DNA of 51,066 nucleotides from Deltaproteobacteria bacterium (GTDB lineage Bacteria; Myxococcota_A; Polyangia; Fen-1088): NCBI GenBank assembly GCA_034439895.1, contig JAWXBF010000069.1, positions 1 to 51,066 of the forward strand, read 5' to 3'. Shown piece by piece: positions 40,741 to 51,066 of this stretch (position 1 is its first letter; each line of letters starts with the position of its first letter). The notes under the pieces were generated by a model. It saw only the letters and a program-made list of their open reading frames with translations, ran no database searches and was not told where the DNA came from. The position numbers and the translations under genes were made by a program.

Positions 40741-43730
40741 TGACTTTGGCCGTTTTAGCGCTGACGATCGCGGTGTCCACTTCGTCCGCGAGTGCTGCGC
40801 CGCCCCCCCTTCCCCGACCCGAATCGACCCGTCGGTTCCTACCCGCGACGAACGTCAGCGCGATTGCACAGGACAGCAAGGGTCACATGTGGATCGGAAC
40901 CGATCGGGGCCTCGCGCGATTCGACGGACTGGAATTCCACTGGCAGGAAGGTCACAGCCGACTCGATGGCGCAATCCAGTCCATTGTCATCGATCCCGAC
41001 GACACGTTGTGGATCGGTTTGAGGCAGCCTGGAACCGTCCTGCGGATGCGCAAAAACCGCGTGGACGAGGTGGCGGTCCTCGGAGAGCCACCCCTCGTGC
41101 CGCTGACGCGTGTGTTGCGCGGACCAAACGACACGCTTTATACGTTGTCGACACTGGGGCTTCATCAGATTCCACTAGAAACATTGGGCGCCGCGCCGGT
41201 ACCCGTGTTCGAGAGTCAAGACGATTGGCGAGCGGTTGATGCGATTTTCGATGCGCACGGAAACCTTTGGATTGGAACGACACGGGGTTTCGCCAGGGTC
41301 GAAAACGGAAAAGTCCGATTGATCGACCCCGTCCGCATGGTCCACAACGTGCATCAGGGACCAAACGGAACGTTGTTGGTCAATACCAGCGACGGACCGC
41401 ACGCCTTCGATCCAAAATCCGAAACGTGGTCAAGAGTGCCGCTTTCTGACGGAAAGACCCTGGATTCGAGCATTTTGTACTACGATTCCCACAAGGCAAC
41501 CTGGCTTTCCGCGGGCTCGGGCTCCAACCTTCAGGTTCTCGAAAACGGCACCCTCTACCCCGTCCCAATCGAAGGGATGGATACCGGCGCCTCGGTGGCG
41601 TTCGAGGATCGCGAAGGCAACGTCTGGTTCGGCTCCTTCAGCGGTGGCCTGGTGCATTTCCGGCGCGATCATCCCTTTCGGGTTCTCGGACGGGCCGATG
41701 GCCTGGAAATCCCGGTGGTATTCTCGATCGCCCCCGCGGCTTCAGGCGGCGTGTGGATGACCTCTCCGTCTGGCCTTGTGCGATGGAAAGACGGCGACCT
41801 GAAGGTTATCTCGGTCCGCCCCCTCGCCTGGCCCGGTGGGCTGCGTGGCATCTTTGAGGATAGCGACGGCTCGGTCATTTTGCCGATTTTTCGCGAATCC
41901 GTATTGCGATACCGCGAGGGCGTACTGACCGACATTGGGAGTTGGGCTTCGGTTCCTGGCAAGCACTTGCACTGGGCCATGCGAACCCGGGACGGCACGC
42001 TTGTGCTCGGGCAGTCGGACGGAAAACTCATCGTAGAATCTGCGGGGGAACGAAGGGTATTCGACGGCGCGCCATCGAACTGTGACGCGCCCGCACGCGG
42101 TGCGTGCGAAGACTCGAACGGCACGCTGTGGTTGGCGACGTCGTATTCGGGTCTCTGTGCGGTCCGTCGCGACAAACCGGAATGGACCTTTCGCCGGTAC
42201 GGATTCGGCAAGACCCTGCCGACCAACCGTCTGAACGCAATCCACTGTGATGGCAACGACCTGTGGATCGGAACCGGCACAAACGGCCTTGTCCGAAAGC
42301 GCGGAGACGTTTTTGTCGGCGTGGACGACACCAAGGGTCTGCGTTCGAATCACGTGGGAGCCATTGTGCCCGATCGAGTCGGACACCTGTGGGTAAGCTC
42401 GCAGCGCGGCATCGAACGAATCGACGCACAACAACTGAACGACGTGGCCGACGGCAAACGGGACCGAATCAACGGCCTGCCCTTTGACATCGATGACGGC
42501 ATGGGTGGCAACACGGTGGTGTCGGCCTTTCCGCCAAGCGGCTCAGTTGATCGGGATGGTGCCATCTGGTTTCCCACCTTGCAGGGCGCGGTCGTCTTCC
42601 CCGATCCCGCATCGGTAAAGCCGGCACCGGTGCCGACGCCAAGTTTCGACCGTGTCACGCTTGATGGGCGCGATCTCGCCCTCGACAATGCCTCCGTCCT
42701 GCGTCGCGAGGTTGGCCTTGGAAACCTCGTCGTCACGGTGACTGCCCCGACATTTGTGTCGCCTCATCGCCTCAAGTTTCGCTACCGCCTGATTGGTTTC
42801 GATCGGAACTGGATTGAGGCGGGCTCGCGGCGAACGGCCTACTACACCAACCTCCCCGCTGGAAAATTCCGCTTCGAGGTGGAAGTCACCACGGCCGGCA
42901 ACAACGTCCCCCGACGAAGCAGTCTCGACATCGTACTCGTGCCGCCGTTCTATCGGACGCCGATCTTCACGATCGTCCTGATTCTGGCAACGGTTATGTT
43001 GATCTTGTTGCTTGTGCGAATTCGACTCTGGCAACAACGCCTGCGCTTCGCCGCCGTTGTGGACGAACGCGAACGCATCGCGCGCGACATGCACGACACG
43101 CTTGAGCAAAGCCTCGTGGCCTCACGGCTACAACTTGACGCCGCCGAAGCCGGGATCGGACGACCGGGTCTTGCCGAAAAGCACATTGGGCGCGCCCGGG
43201 AGCTGGTCGATCGGAGCATGCGAGAAGCCAAGGCCTCGATTTGGGCGTTGCGGGCCGGATTATCAGACGAAGCGGACATTCGCGCGGCGCTTTCTGCGAT
43301 CATGGGTCAGGCGCTTGCAGGTACCCGGGTTCAATTTCACCTCGGTTGCGAGGGCGAGCCTTATCGTCTTGAACCGGAGGCAGAACGACAAATGGTACGC
43401 ATCGCACAGGAAGCGGTAACCAATGCGCTCAAACACGGCTCACCCAGGGCCATCAACGTCGAGCTTCGTTTCGCGCCAACCGGTGTAGAAATGAAAATTC
43501 GTGACGACGGTGCTGGATTTGAAGCCGGTGACGACGGCGTTGCCCCTACCGGAAAACCCGGGGCTCACTACGGTTTGCGGGGCATGCATGAACGCGCACA
43601 AACGCTTGCCGGAACCTTACAAATTCATAGCCGCCCGGGACAAGGCGCAACGGTCACGGTTGCCGTTCCGGCGAGCTGGCGACGTGGCTCCGGACAACGC
43701 GACAAAAATGGTAGGCTGCTTGGAACATGA
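40740..43730 (+). CDS. Sensor histidine kinase: Reg_prop beta-propellers, Y_Y_Y domain, TM, HisKA_3, HATPase
   Basis: Repeated DxxGxxWIGT blades, FRYRLIGFDRNW..AYYTNLPAGKF, PPFYRT + TM, ERERIARDMHDTL, EAVTNALKH, DDGAGF, GLRGMHERA. Confidence 0.93.
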   Translation: MTLAVLALTIAVSTSSASAAPPPLPRPESTRRFLPATNVSAIAQDSKGHMWIGTDRGLARFDGLEFHWQEGHSRLDGAIQSIVIDPDDTLWIGLRQPGTVLRMRKNRVDEVAVLGEPPLVPLTRVLRGPNDTLYTLSTLGLHQIPLETLGAAPVPVFESQDDWRAVDAIFDAHGNLWIGTTRGFARVENGKVRLIDPVRMVHNVHQGPNGTLLVNTSDGPHAFDPKSETWSRVPLSDGKTLDSSILYYDSHKATWLSAGSGSNLQVLENGTLYPVPIEGMDTGASVAFEDREGNVWFGSFSGGLVHFRRDHPFRVLGRADGLEIPVVFSIAPAASGGVWMTSPSGLVRWKDGDLKVISVRPLAWPGGLRGIFEDSDGSVILPIFRESVLRYREGVLTDIGSWASVPGKHLHWAMRTRDGTLVLGQSDGKLIVESAGERRVFDGAPSNCDAPARGACEDSNGTLWLATSYSGLCAVRRDKPEWTFRRYGFGKTLPTNRLNAIHCDGNDLWIGTGTNGLVRKRGDVFVGVDDTKGLRSNHVGAIVPDRVGHLWVSSQRGIERIDAQQLNDVADGKRDRINGLPFDIDDGMGGNTVVSAFPPSGSVDRDGAIWFPTLQGAVVFPDPASVKPAPVPTPSFDRVTLDGRDLALDNASVLRREVGLGNLVVTVTAPTFVSPHRLKFRYRLIGFDRNWIEAGSRRTAYYTNLPAGKFRFEVEVTTAGNNVPRRSSLDIVLVPPFYRTPIFTIVLILATVMLILLLVRIRLWQQRLRFAAVVDERERIARDMHDTLEQSLVASRLQLDAAEAGIGRPGLAEKHIGRARELVDRSMREAKASIWALRAGLSDEADIRAALSAIMGQALAGTRVQFHLGCEGEPYRLEPEAERQMVRIAQEAVTNALKHGSPRAINVELRFAPTGVEMKIRDDGAGFEAGDDGVAPTGKPGAHYGLRGMHERAQTLAGTLQIHSRPGQGATVTVAVPASWRRGSGQRDKNGRLLGT

Positions 43731-44365
43731 ACCTGGACGAGCAAACGATCCGCATTCTCATCGTCGACGATCACGCTGTTGTGCGCGAAGGATTCGAAGC
43801 GGTTATCGGGATGCAGGCCGACATGGCCGTCGTGGGCTCGATTGCAACCGGTGAAGCTGCGTGTGATGCGTATGCCGCCCTGCAACCGACGGTGGTGTTG
43901 CTCGATCTGCGGCTTCCCGGAATGGACGGCATCGAAACCCTCCGGGCCCTGCGTGCAAAGTTCACGGGCGTTCGCGCCATCATGATCACAAGCCAGGAAG
44001 GCGAAGAAGCCATCTTCCGCGCAATGAAGACGGGCGCGATGGGATACGTTTTCAAGAAGTCGCCCTCAAGTGAGATCCTGGCCGCGATTCGAGCGGCGGC
44101 CAAGGGAGAGGTCAGCATGACGCCCGAAGCGGCGATGCGCCTGTCTGATCGCGACCAACATGAAGCCTTGAGTGATCGAGAAATCGAGGTCCTCAGCCGG
44201 GTCGGCCGTGGCCTTTCCAACAAGGAAATCGCGGACGTCCTGTCAATTTCGCCCAACACGGTGAAAAACCACGTCAACAACATCATGACGAAGCTGCAAG
44301 CGGGTGATCGCACCCACGCTGTCACAATTGCCGTTCAACGCGGCATCATCACGCTCGACCGCTAG
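43727..44365 (+). CDS. NarL/LuxR family response regulator
   Basis: [43 protein letters not shown]; ATGA overlap with the kinase. Confidence 0.96.
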   Translation: MNLDEQTIRILIVDDHAVVREGFEAVIGMQADMAVVGSIATGEAACDAYAALQPTVVLLDLRLPGMDGIETLRALRAKFTGVRAIMITSQEGEEAIFRAMKTGAMGYVFKKSPSSEILAAIRAAAKGEVSMTPEAAMRLSDRDQHEALSDREIEVLSRVGRGLSNKEIADVLSISPNTVKNHVNNIMTKLQAGDRTHAVTIAVQRGIITLDR

Positions 44366-45587
44366 ACGTACGGCGAATACGATCCAGGGCTTCTTGCACG
44401 TTTTCTCGCGAATTGAACGCCGAAAGCCGGAAGAAGCCCTCGCCCTCGGGACCAAAGCCCGAGCCTGGTGTGCCGACAACATGACATTCCTGCAAGAGCT
44501 TGTTGAAAAAATCCCAGCTACTCAAGCCATCCCGCGTCTTCATCCAGATGTAGGGCGCATGCTCGCCGCCATACACGGTAAAGCCCGTGCCCCGTAACCC
44601 TTCGCGCAGCAGTTGTGCGTTCTGCATATAAAAATCTACCTGACCGAGGGTCTGAGCCATGCCCTCGGGGGAATAGACCGCAGCCGCGCCACTTTGAACG
44701 ATGTAGGACGCGCCGTTGAACTTCGTGGTGTGGCGGCGGCTCCAAAGGGGATTAAAGGCGACTTCCGCGCCCGAGGGATCGACGCCCATCAAGGTCTTGG
44801 GTACGACCGTAAAGGCACAGCGAACACCGGTAAAACCGGCTCGTTTTGAGAAGCTCCGCATCTCGATCGCACACTTGCGTGCGCCGGGGATCTCGTAAAT
44901 TGAACGGGGCAAGGCGGGATCGCGGATGAAGGCTTCGTAGGCCGCATCGAAAACAATCACCGTCTTGTTCTCGATGGCCCAGCGGACCCAGTTTTCCAAA
45001 TACGCACGGGTCGCAACGGTTCCCGTCGGATTGTTGGGCGAACACAAATATACGAGATCCACTCGCTCACTGGGCGGCGCGGGCAAAAAGCCGTTGGCCT
45101 CGGTCGAAGCGAGGTAGGTCAGCCCGGGGTAGCGGCCGCCCTCGGCCATGCCGGTGCGGCCCGCCATGACGTTTGAATCGACATACACGGGATAAACGGG
45201 ATCGGTAACTGCTATCTTCGCCGAGAGGTCGAAGATCTCCTGGATATTCGCGCTATCGCACTTGCTGCCATCCGAGACGAAGATCTCATCGGCCTCAACC
45301 TGAACACCCCGCGCTTCGTAGTCGTTTTTGCGAATGGCCTCGATGAGAAAATCGTAACCTTGTTCGGGACCGTATCCCTTGAACGTGGATCGCGATCCCA
45401 TCTCTGCGACCGCGCGGGTCATGGCATTGATGATCGCCGGCGCGAGCGGTTCGGTCACGTCACCAATGCCGAGCCGAATCACCTTGGCTTCGGGGTTGGC
45501 GGCAGCAAATGCACGAACGCGCCGACCGATCTCGGGAAATAGATAACCAGCCTGGAGCTTCAAATAATGAGGATTGACGGGTGCCAT
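44349..45587 (-). CDS. dapL: LL-diaminopimelate aminotransferase
   Basis: [52 protein letters not shown] (PLP Lys), TPGSGFG. Confidence 0.96.
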   Translation of the reverse strand: MAPVNPHYLKLQAGYLFPEIGRRVRAFAAANPEAKVIRLGIGDVTEPLAPAIINAMTRAVAEMGSRSTFKGYGPEQGYDFLIEAIRKNDYEARGVQVEADEIFVSDGSKCDSANIQEIFDLSAKIAVTDPVYPVYVDSNVMAGRTGMAEGGRYPGLTYLASTEANGFLPAPPSERVDLVYLCSPNNPTGTVATRAYLENWVRWAIENKTVIVFDAAYEAFIRDPALPRSIYEIPGARKCAIEMRSFSKRAGFTGVRCAFTVVPKTLMGVDPSGAEVAFNPLWSRRHTTKFNGASYIVQSGAAAVYSPEGMAQTLGQVDFYMQNAQLLREGLRGTGFTVYGGEHAPYIWMKTRDGLSSWDFFNKLLQECHVVGTPGSGFGPEGEGFFRLSAFNSRENVQEALDRIRRTSSGRA

Positions 45588-45655
45588 GACGGGTGCGGAA
45601 GATAGCAGGACGTTGTCGTTGCGGCCCGCCTCCGAAGCCGCTAGGACAGACACTC

Positions 45656-46630
45656 ATGATCGTTGCTGCGTCCCCCGCGGGTATTGCGCAAGCCGCCGAA
45701 ACCTTGCGAGGCGGCGGCCTCGTGGCGCTGCCTTCGGAGACGGTCTATGGCCTGGGGGCCGATGCTCAGAACGACGCCGCCTTGCGCCGGATTTTCGCCG
45801 TCAAGCAACGCCCGGTTGGACACCCCCTGATTGTCCATCTCGCGGAGGGCGCAGCACTATCCGAATGGTCATCCAGCCCTTCCACGCAGCTTCAACGGCT
45901 CGCCGAGTCCTTCTGGCCAGGGCCGCTCACGGTCATTGTCAAAAGCGCCCCGTCCGTCAGCCGAGTGGCGACCGGCGGACTGCAAACGGTCGCGTTGCGG
46001 GTTCCCGCGCACCCGGTTTTCCAAAGCGTACTGCGTATCCTCGGACGGGGAATCGCGGCTCCCTCGGCGAATCGTTTCGGTGCGGTAAGCCCGACCTGCG
46101 CTGAACACGTCGAGGAAAGCCTTGGCTCGGAGGTGGAGCTCATCCTCGACGGCGGATCCTGTCAGGTGGGACTCGAGTCGACGATTGTCGATCTCACCCT
46201 GCCGGAACCTACCTTGATTCGACCGGGGGCAATCACCCCTGATGATCTCGAACGTGTGTTGAGACAACCGGTGGCCAGGGGCCCGACCGACACGGCGGCC
46301 CCGGGAAACTTACCCTCCCACTATGCGCCGCGTGCCCGCGTTGAACTGGTGATGGCGGACGGATTGCGAACCCGCGCGCTGGAACTTGTCGCCGCAGGGA
46401 AAAGCGTGGCGGTGCTCGCAGGCGCGATCGACAATCTTCCCTCAAATGTGTTGCGAATTGACTGGCCGCGAGCGCTCGATTCAGCCGCCATGCGGTTGTA
46501 TGCGGCCCTTCGGGAAGCGGATGCCACGCAATGCGATGTCATTCTGTGCGTGCCACCCGCCGCGACCGGGCTCGGCATCGCCATACTAGACCGGTTGCAA
46601 AAAGCTGCTGGCCCGCGCGCAGGCAGTTGA
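45656..46630 (+). CDS. sua5: L-threonylcarbamoyladenylate synthase (Sua5/TsaC with SUA5 C-terminal domain)
   Basis: PSETVYGLGAD, KQRP..HPLIVH, FWPGPLT, AAPSANRFG, GLESTIVD, APGNLPSHYAP. Confidence 0.95.
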   Translation: MIVAASPAGIAQAAETLRGGGLVALPSETVYGLGADAQNDAALRRIFAVKQRPVGHPLIVHLAEGAALSEWSSSPSTQLQRLAESFWPGPLTVIVKSAPSVSRVATGGLQTVALRVPAHPVFQSVLRILGRGIAAPSANRFGAVSPTCAEHVEESLGSEVELILDGGSCQVGLESTIVDLTLPEPTLIRPGAITPDDLERVLRQPVARGPTDTAAPGNLPSHYAPRARVELVMADGLRTRALELVAAGKSVAVLAGAIDNLPSNVLRIDWPRALDSAAMRLYAALREADATQCDVILCVPPAATGLGIAILDRLQKAAGPRAGS

Positions 46631-46800
46631 TCCGCGCATCTCGGCCAGCGCCGATTCCGCCCGGAATGCACAACGGACCCTTCGGCTGTGATCGAGGTCG
46701 CCTGATGACGCCGTCGCACGGTTTGTTGTGAGGGCGAAGGTGCCTGTAGAGAGTACGATCGAGTCGGACCGGCACCACCGATTCCTGAACACCCGCAACG

Positions 46801-49380
46801 ATGATTTCCGCACTCATTTGCCTGATGCTTGCAATTCCCGTCGACGGGAACGAGCCCGAACCGAATCGCATCCGGGCCGTGCGTGTGGAAGAGGCTCCGG
46901 CCATTGATGGCCACCTGAATGATCTGGCCTGGCACGTGTCGGCCCCCTCAAGCGCCTTCACTCAAAAGTTCCCCGACGAAGGAAAGGACCCGACCGAACG
47001 CACCATCGTCCGCGTTTTGTACGACGACGACGCGGTTTATGTTGGGATCGACTGCGAGCAACAAACGACGCCCATGCGAAAACGTCTCACACGACGGGAC
47101 CGTGAAGCTGAATCCGAAGGATCTTCCAACCGAATCAATCCGGGCTCGACCGATCGCGTGACCATCCACATCGGCAGCCGCCGCGACGGATCCACCGCTT
47201 ATCAATTCGGGGTCAACGCAGCGGGCGTTCTGTCGGACGGCATCCATTTCGACGACACGCGCTTCACTGCACGCTGGGACGAAAACTGGGAAGGTCGCTC
47301 GGCCATGACTGAAAACGGCTGGTCGGCCGAGCTGAGAATTCCCTTGCGGGCGTTGCGCTTTGACGAAGAAGCCATTCAAGACTGGGGGTTCAACGTCCGT
47401 CGTTACATCGCCGCCCGGCAAGAGGTCGATGAATGGGCGTTCACGCCACGCAACGAGCCCGGCGTTGTTTCTCGTTTCGGACGACTGGAGAACCTGGAGG
47501 ATCTCAATCCGAAATCGCAATACGAATTGCGTCCATTTGTGGTCGGCGAAATCGGCCACCGAACGGATGCGCCTGTCACCACCGAGGCCTACACATCACG
47601 CTGGTCGGCAGGCATCGACGGCAAGTGGCAACCCACCACCAACTTGACCGTATCCGCGACTCTGAATCCCGACTTTGGCCAGGTCGAGGCCGATCAAGTG
47701 GTGCTGAACCTGACGACCTTTGAGGTCTTCTTGCCCGAGAAACGGCCTTTTTTTCTTGAAGGTCTTGAGCTATTCGAGACGCCCAAGGAGATTTTGTACA
47801 CCCGGCGCATCGGCATCGCGCCGGGCACGCCCAAGCTGGCCGTGGGCGAAACCCTCATCAGCACGCCCCGACCCAGCAGCATCATCGGAGCATTAAAAAT
47901 CACCGGTCAACCGATGCGCAACGTCTCGCTTGGGTTGGTGAGCGCCATCGTCGACAAGAATCTGGCAACGGTCATCAATGGCAACGCTGCCAGGCCCACG
48001 CCGATGACCCGCGTGGCATCGCCGCTCATGCTGGCAAACGCACTGCGAATCAAGGTCGACACGGGCAAGAACAGTCATCTCGGTTTTTTGGGAACCGGGG
48101 CACTGCGATTCGAGCAGGAGAATGACTATCCCGTCGTTCAGGATGCAATGGGCAATCCTGGGGGCATCCGCTGCGCATCGGGCGCCATATTGACGGGTGG
48201 CATCGACTGCGAACGCGATGCCTACGTGGGTGGACTGGACGGCCGGTGGCGCAACGAAAACCGCCATTACTTTCTGACCTGGCAAACGCTCGGCTCGAAG
48301 ATGGTTGGAGGCCAACCCCAGACGTTGCGCGATGGTACGACGTTGAGTCCCGGCGACACCGACACGTCGACGATTCTACGGGGCGGAAAAGACGGCGGAA
48401 CGTTCCAATTGGAGAGTGCCTTCAATTACACGGGCAAACGTTTTGACTACAATGATCTTGGATACTCGCGTCAGCAAAACAACATCTGGGGATATCTCGA
48501 GTTGGGGGCACGCACGACGCAGCCCTGGAAGTTTGTGAAAGAGAGCCGCGCGAGTTTGTGGGCCAAAGAGTTGACCAACGTGGACGGATTCGCGATGACT
48601 CGAGATTTCGGAGCGGATGGTTCCATCATGCTCCCAAGCCTCTGGCGTTTTTCGGCCGAGTTCCGGGTATCACCACACCGCTATGATCAACGCGAAATCG
48701 GTGGTTCAGGCGCCATCTTTGAACTTGAACCGGGCAAACGTTACGAGCTGTCGGCGTCGAGCCCGCAGTCGCAACCGCTCATCGCGAGCTTCAGCGCTGA
48801 CCATCTCGACACGGGACCCGGAGGATTGACCGAGATGGGTGGCCAGTTGTTTCTGCGTGCGTTTCCGCAAGTTGAACTGGATCTGTTCTATTCCCACACC
48901 CTGTCCGAGGGCGAACGTCGCTATCTTTCGCGTTCGCAGATCTCGGGTCGCACGCAGTACCTGTTTGGCCGTCTGCGCGCGCGCGGCGACAGCACCACAC
49001 TGCGTGCTACGTATTCCATCTCACCAACACTCACGTTTCAGGCCTATACACAGCTATTCCGTGCCTTTCGGCGATACACCGACTTTGCGACTTCGTCCTC
49101 GGGTCAAAACGCGCCGGTTATTCTCCGCAGCGATCTCTTTGCATCGGCCGACCCGGGTACGAGCCCCAACCACCTCGACCTGGCGCTCAATGCAACGATC
49201 GTCTTGCGCTGGGAATACAGCCTCGGATCAACCGTTTTCCTCGTTTACAGCCGCGCCAACGCACCAGAATTAAACCTGGAACCGGGCGAACGCCCGCGAC
49301 TGACCTTCAACGTGGACACCCTGACTTCAGGTCAAGCCACCCAGGCAATTCTCATTAAGCTTGCGCACTGGTGGGGGTAG
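46801..49380 (+). CDS. CBM9-like / DUF5916-like outer-membrane protein
   Basis: APAIDGHLND..W, AYQFGVNAAG, GWSAELRIP, TLNPDFGQVEAD, FLPEKRPFFLEG, LRWEY..GSTVFLVY. Confidence 0.82.
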   Translation: MISALICLMLAIPVDGNEPEPNRIRAVRVEEAPAIDGHLNDLAWHVSAPSSAFTQKFPDEGKDPTERTIVRVLYDDDAVYVGIDCEQQTTPMRKRLTRRDREAESEGSSNRINPGSTDRVTIHIGSRRDGSTAYQFGVNAAGVLSDGIHFDDTRFTARWDENWEGRSAMTENGWSAELRIPLRALRFDEEAIQDWGFNVRRYIAARQEVDEWAFTPRNEPGVVSRFGRLENLEDLNPKSQYELRPFVVGEIGHRTDAPVTTEAYTSRWSAGIDGKWQPTTNLTVSATLNPDFGQVEADQVVLNLTTFEVFLPEKRPFFLEGLELFETPKEILYTRRIGIAPGTPKLAVGETLISTPRPSSIIGALKITGQPMRNVSLGLVSAIVDKNLATVINGNAARPTPMTRVASPLMLANALRIKVDTGKNSHLGFLGTGALRFEQENDYPVVQDAMGNPGGIRCASGAILTGGIDCERDAYVGGLDGRWRNENRHYFLTWQTLGSKMVGGQPQTLRDGTTLSPGDTDTSTILRGGKDGGTFQLESAFNYTGKRFDYNDLGYSRQQNNIWGYLELGARTTQPWKFVKESRASLWAKELTNVDGFAMTRDFGADGSIMLPSLWRFSAEFRVSPHRYDQREIGGSGAIFELEPGKRYELSASSPQSQPLIASFSADHLDTGPGGLTEMGGQLFLRAFPQVELDLFYSHTLSEGERRYLSRSQISGRTQYLFGRLRARGDSTTLRATYSISPTLTFQAYTQLFRAFRRYTDFATSSSGQNAPVILRSDLFASADPGTSPNHLDLALNATIVLRWEYSLGSTVFLVYSRANAPELNLEPGERPRLTFNVDTLTSGQATQAILIKLAHWWG

Positions 49381-49518
49381 GCCGCCCCTTTCCCCACAGC
49401 GTCGCCCTGAGCGGATTTTCGTAGTCCGCAATTTGGGGCGACGTAAAACGTCACATTGGCCCTCGGGTTGGCCTCCCTCCTGAATGACAACTGGCTGAAA
49501 TTCCTCAAGTTCGCAGTG

Positions 49519-49534
49519 TGGCTGCCGATTTGCA
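49519..49534 (+). promoter_or_regulatory. sigma54 -24/-12 promoter of the minor pilin operon
   Basis: TGGCTGCCGATTTGCA, exact spacing, 50 bp before ATG 49584. Confidence 0.6.
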
Positions 49535-49583
49535 TGAGAAGTCCTGCACTGGAAAGATTGATGCGAACGCAAATAGACCGATA

Positions 49584-50192
49584 ATGGAAAGCATGGTTCC
49601 AACGCGATCAAAAACAAATGCGGCGATGGGCTTCTCCCTCGTCGAATTGATGGTTGTCGTTGTCATCATTTCGATCCTTGCGGTGATCTCTGCTCCGGTG
49701 CTCACCCGCGACCGAGACGAAGATCGGGTACGCGCCTTCGCGAACGCCCTCGCGATGGATTTTCAGCGCACAAAATTTCAAGTGGTCAGCACCCGCTTGC
49801 CGATGCATATCTACCTTTACAGTGACCGGGTTGAGTTTCGGGAGACCACCGGCGTTGACGGTGGTGCCGCCCCCACGCCGCCAACCCTGGCGACACCGCC
49901 GCAACGGGTGTTGCGCGCCGAAAATGGGGTTTCGATACGTTTCGTGACCGGTACGCGGACTCCGATTCCGACATCGGGAGGTCCCACCACCGCCACGTTC
50001 GTCCAGATGCAGATCGATGGGCTCGGACGCACACGACGCCTGGACAATGGGGGAAATCCCATCGAAGAAATGAGCTTCATCTGGATCGAAACCAGTCGCC
50101 TTTCCGCTGCACACCCCTCGCGACAGTTCCGGCTCGATATTTCGCCGCTCACCGGCATCGTGCAACTCAGAACGCGATGGGATTCACTGTGA
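49584..50192 (+). CDS. Type IV minor pilin, FimT/FimU (GspH)-like
   Basis: Prepilin cleavage/N-methylation motif G|FSLVELMVVVVII; start at ATG 49584 or 49593. Confidence 0.85.
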   Translation: MESMVPTRSKTNAAMGFSLVELMVVVVIISILAVISAPVLTRDRDEDRVRAFANALAMDFQRTKFQVVSTRLPMHIYLYSDRVEFRETTGVDGGAAPTPPTLATPPQRVLRAENGVSIRFVTGTRTPIPTSGGPTTATFVQMQIDGLGRTRRLDNGGNPIEEMSFIWIETSRLSAAHPSRQFRLDISPLTGIVQLRTRWDSL

Positions 50193-50668
50193 AGCAAATG
50201 CCTCAAAGGGACAGCGGGTTCACGTTGCTTGAGGTGCTCATCGCGCTTCTCATCGGCATGATCGGCCTGATGGGCACCGTTGCGATACAACAAACGGTAC
50301 TCAATTCAACACAATCGGCAAACGACGCACAAATTGCAATGCGCCTCGCGCAGCAAACCGCCGAGGAAATGCAGGTACGTGTGACGACGCCGTCTGCCTT
50401 CAGCGCCCCCATTGACTTTCTTGCCCCGATCGCGGATGGAGTTCCGCGCGCGTTTCTCGACGGCAGCGGCGGAACCTCGACCTTTCTCAACGTGCAGGGC
50501 ATCCCCAGCGCCACCCAGACCCCGCAAAACCGATTTCAGCGCAGCATCACCGTGACGAACGCAGGTGCGAATCGGCCCTACCTCATCGTCATTGTCGTAC
50601 GGTACTCGCTACAAACCGGCCAGCCTCGGCAAATACAGCTAGACCTTGAGCGGAGGAAAAACTGGTGA
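50189..50668 (+). CDS. Type IV minor pilin, PilV-like
   Basis: G|FTLLEVLIALLI; GTGA overlap with the previous stop. Confidence 0.85.
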   Translation: MKQMPQRDSGFTLLEVLIALLIGMIGLMGTVAIQQTVLNSTQSANDAQIAMRLAQQTAEEMQVRVTTPSAFSAPIDFLAPIADGVPRAFLDGSGGTSTFLNVQGIPSATQTPQNRFQRSITVTNAGANRPYLIVIVVRYSLQTGQPRQIQLDLERRKNW

Positions 50669-51066
50669 AGCGCGCAAAGGTGCGATCGGAGGGAGGATTT
50701 ACCCTCGTCGAGCTGCTTGTAACCATTGTCGTGGCGTCCATGGTCACGATGTCGACTTTTATGTTCTTCGCGGGACAGAAAACGGTCTACGAAACGCAGA
50801 CAAAACTTCTGAACGTGCAGCAGAACCTGTGGGCTGCAGTGGAAACCGTCACACGAAACCTCCGTGCGGCGGGAACCGGCATGACGGGTTGTATTCGTCC
50901 CGATTCTGATGCGGCGATTGGACCCGACAGTGGCGATCCAGGACCATGGGGCGCAACGCCACCTCAGACTGGCCTTCGTGTCTGGATGCAGGTAGCCAGA
51001 CCCTCTTACGCCGCCAATACGGCTGCACGCATCCCGCCGCTGTGGATACAAAATGGCGGCGGCGGA
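50665..51066 (+). CDS. Type IV minor pilin, PilW-like (partial, runs off window)
   Basis: Not in ORF track. GGAGG then GTG 50665: MKRAKVRSEGG|FTLVELLVTIVV...VQQNLWAAVETVTRNLRAAG. Confidence 0.85.
   Translation, partial: MKRAKVRSEGGFTLVELLVTIVVASMVTMSTFMFFAGQKTVYETQTKLLNVQQNLWAAVETVTRNLRAAGTGMTGCIRPDSDAAIGPDSGDPGPWGATPPQTGLRVWMQVARPSYAANTAARIPPLWIQNGGGG

Noticed and set aside
40720-51066. Genomic island or prophage integrated at tRNA-Leu
   Set aside because: No integrase and no duplicated tRNA 3' end noticed; housekeeping genes follow within 4 kb.

Overview
High-GC bacterial chromosome segment. Gene content (ACIII + caa3 oxidase, LL-DAP aminotransferase, Cys-rich repeats, rpoN-PTS cluster, minor pilins) suggests Myxococcota; this is inference. 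Left end: a giant (>2300 codons, runs off the window) putative lipoprotein Rhs/YD gene. It has LamG, a tandem-duplicated unknown domain, Cys-rich repeats, SpvB-like, FG-GAP-like and TcdB-midN-like parts, and is broken by one extra base in a G6 run at 5485-5490; the ORF track misses most of it. Next come a complete alternative complex III (actA-G) + SCO + A2-type caa3 oxidase operon, a TonB-dependent receptor + lipoprotein, and an rpoN-hpf-ptsN-hprK-rapZ-EIIA-HPr-ptsI cluster. These are followed by ogt, pyrG, several uncharacterised envelope genes, a beta-hydroxyacid dehydrogenase and a GntP permease. tRNA-Leu(TAG) shares the last A of its CCA with the start codon of a propeller-domain sensor kinase, which is followed by a NarL-type regulator. 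The right end holds dapL, sua5, a CBM9/DUF5916-like protein and the start of a FimT/PilV/PilW minor pilin operon. Three correctly spaced sigma54 -24/-12 motifs were found. No CRISPR, rRNA, transposase or integrase was seen. All calls come from reading motifs by eye; no searches were run.
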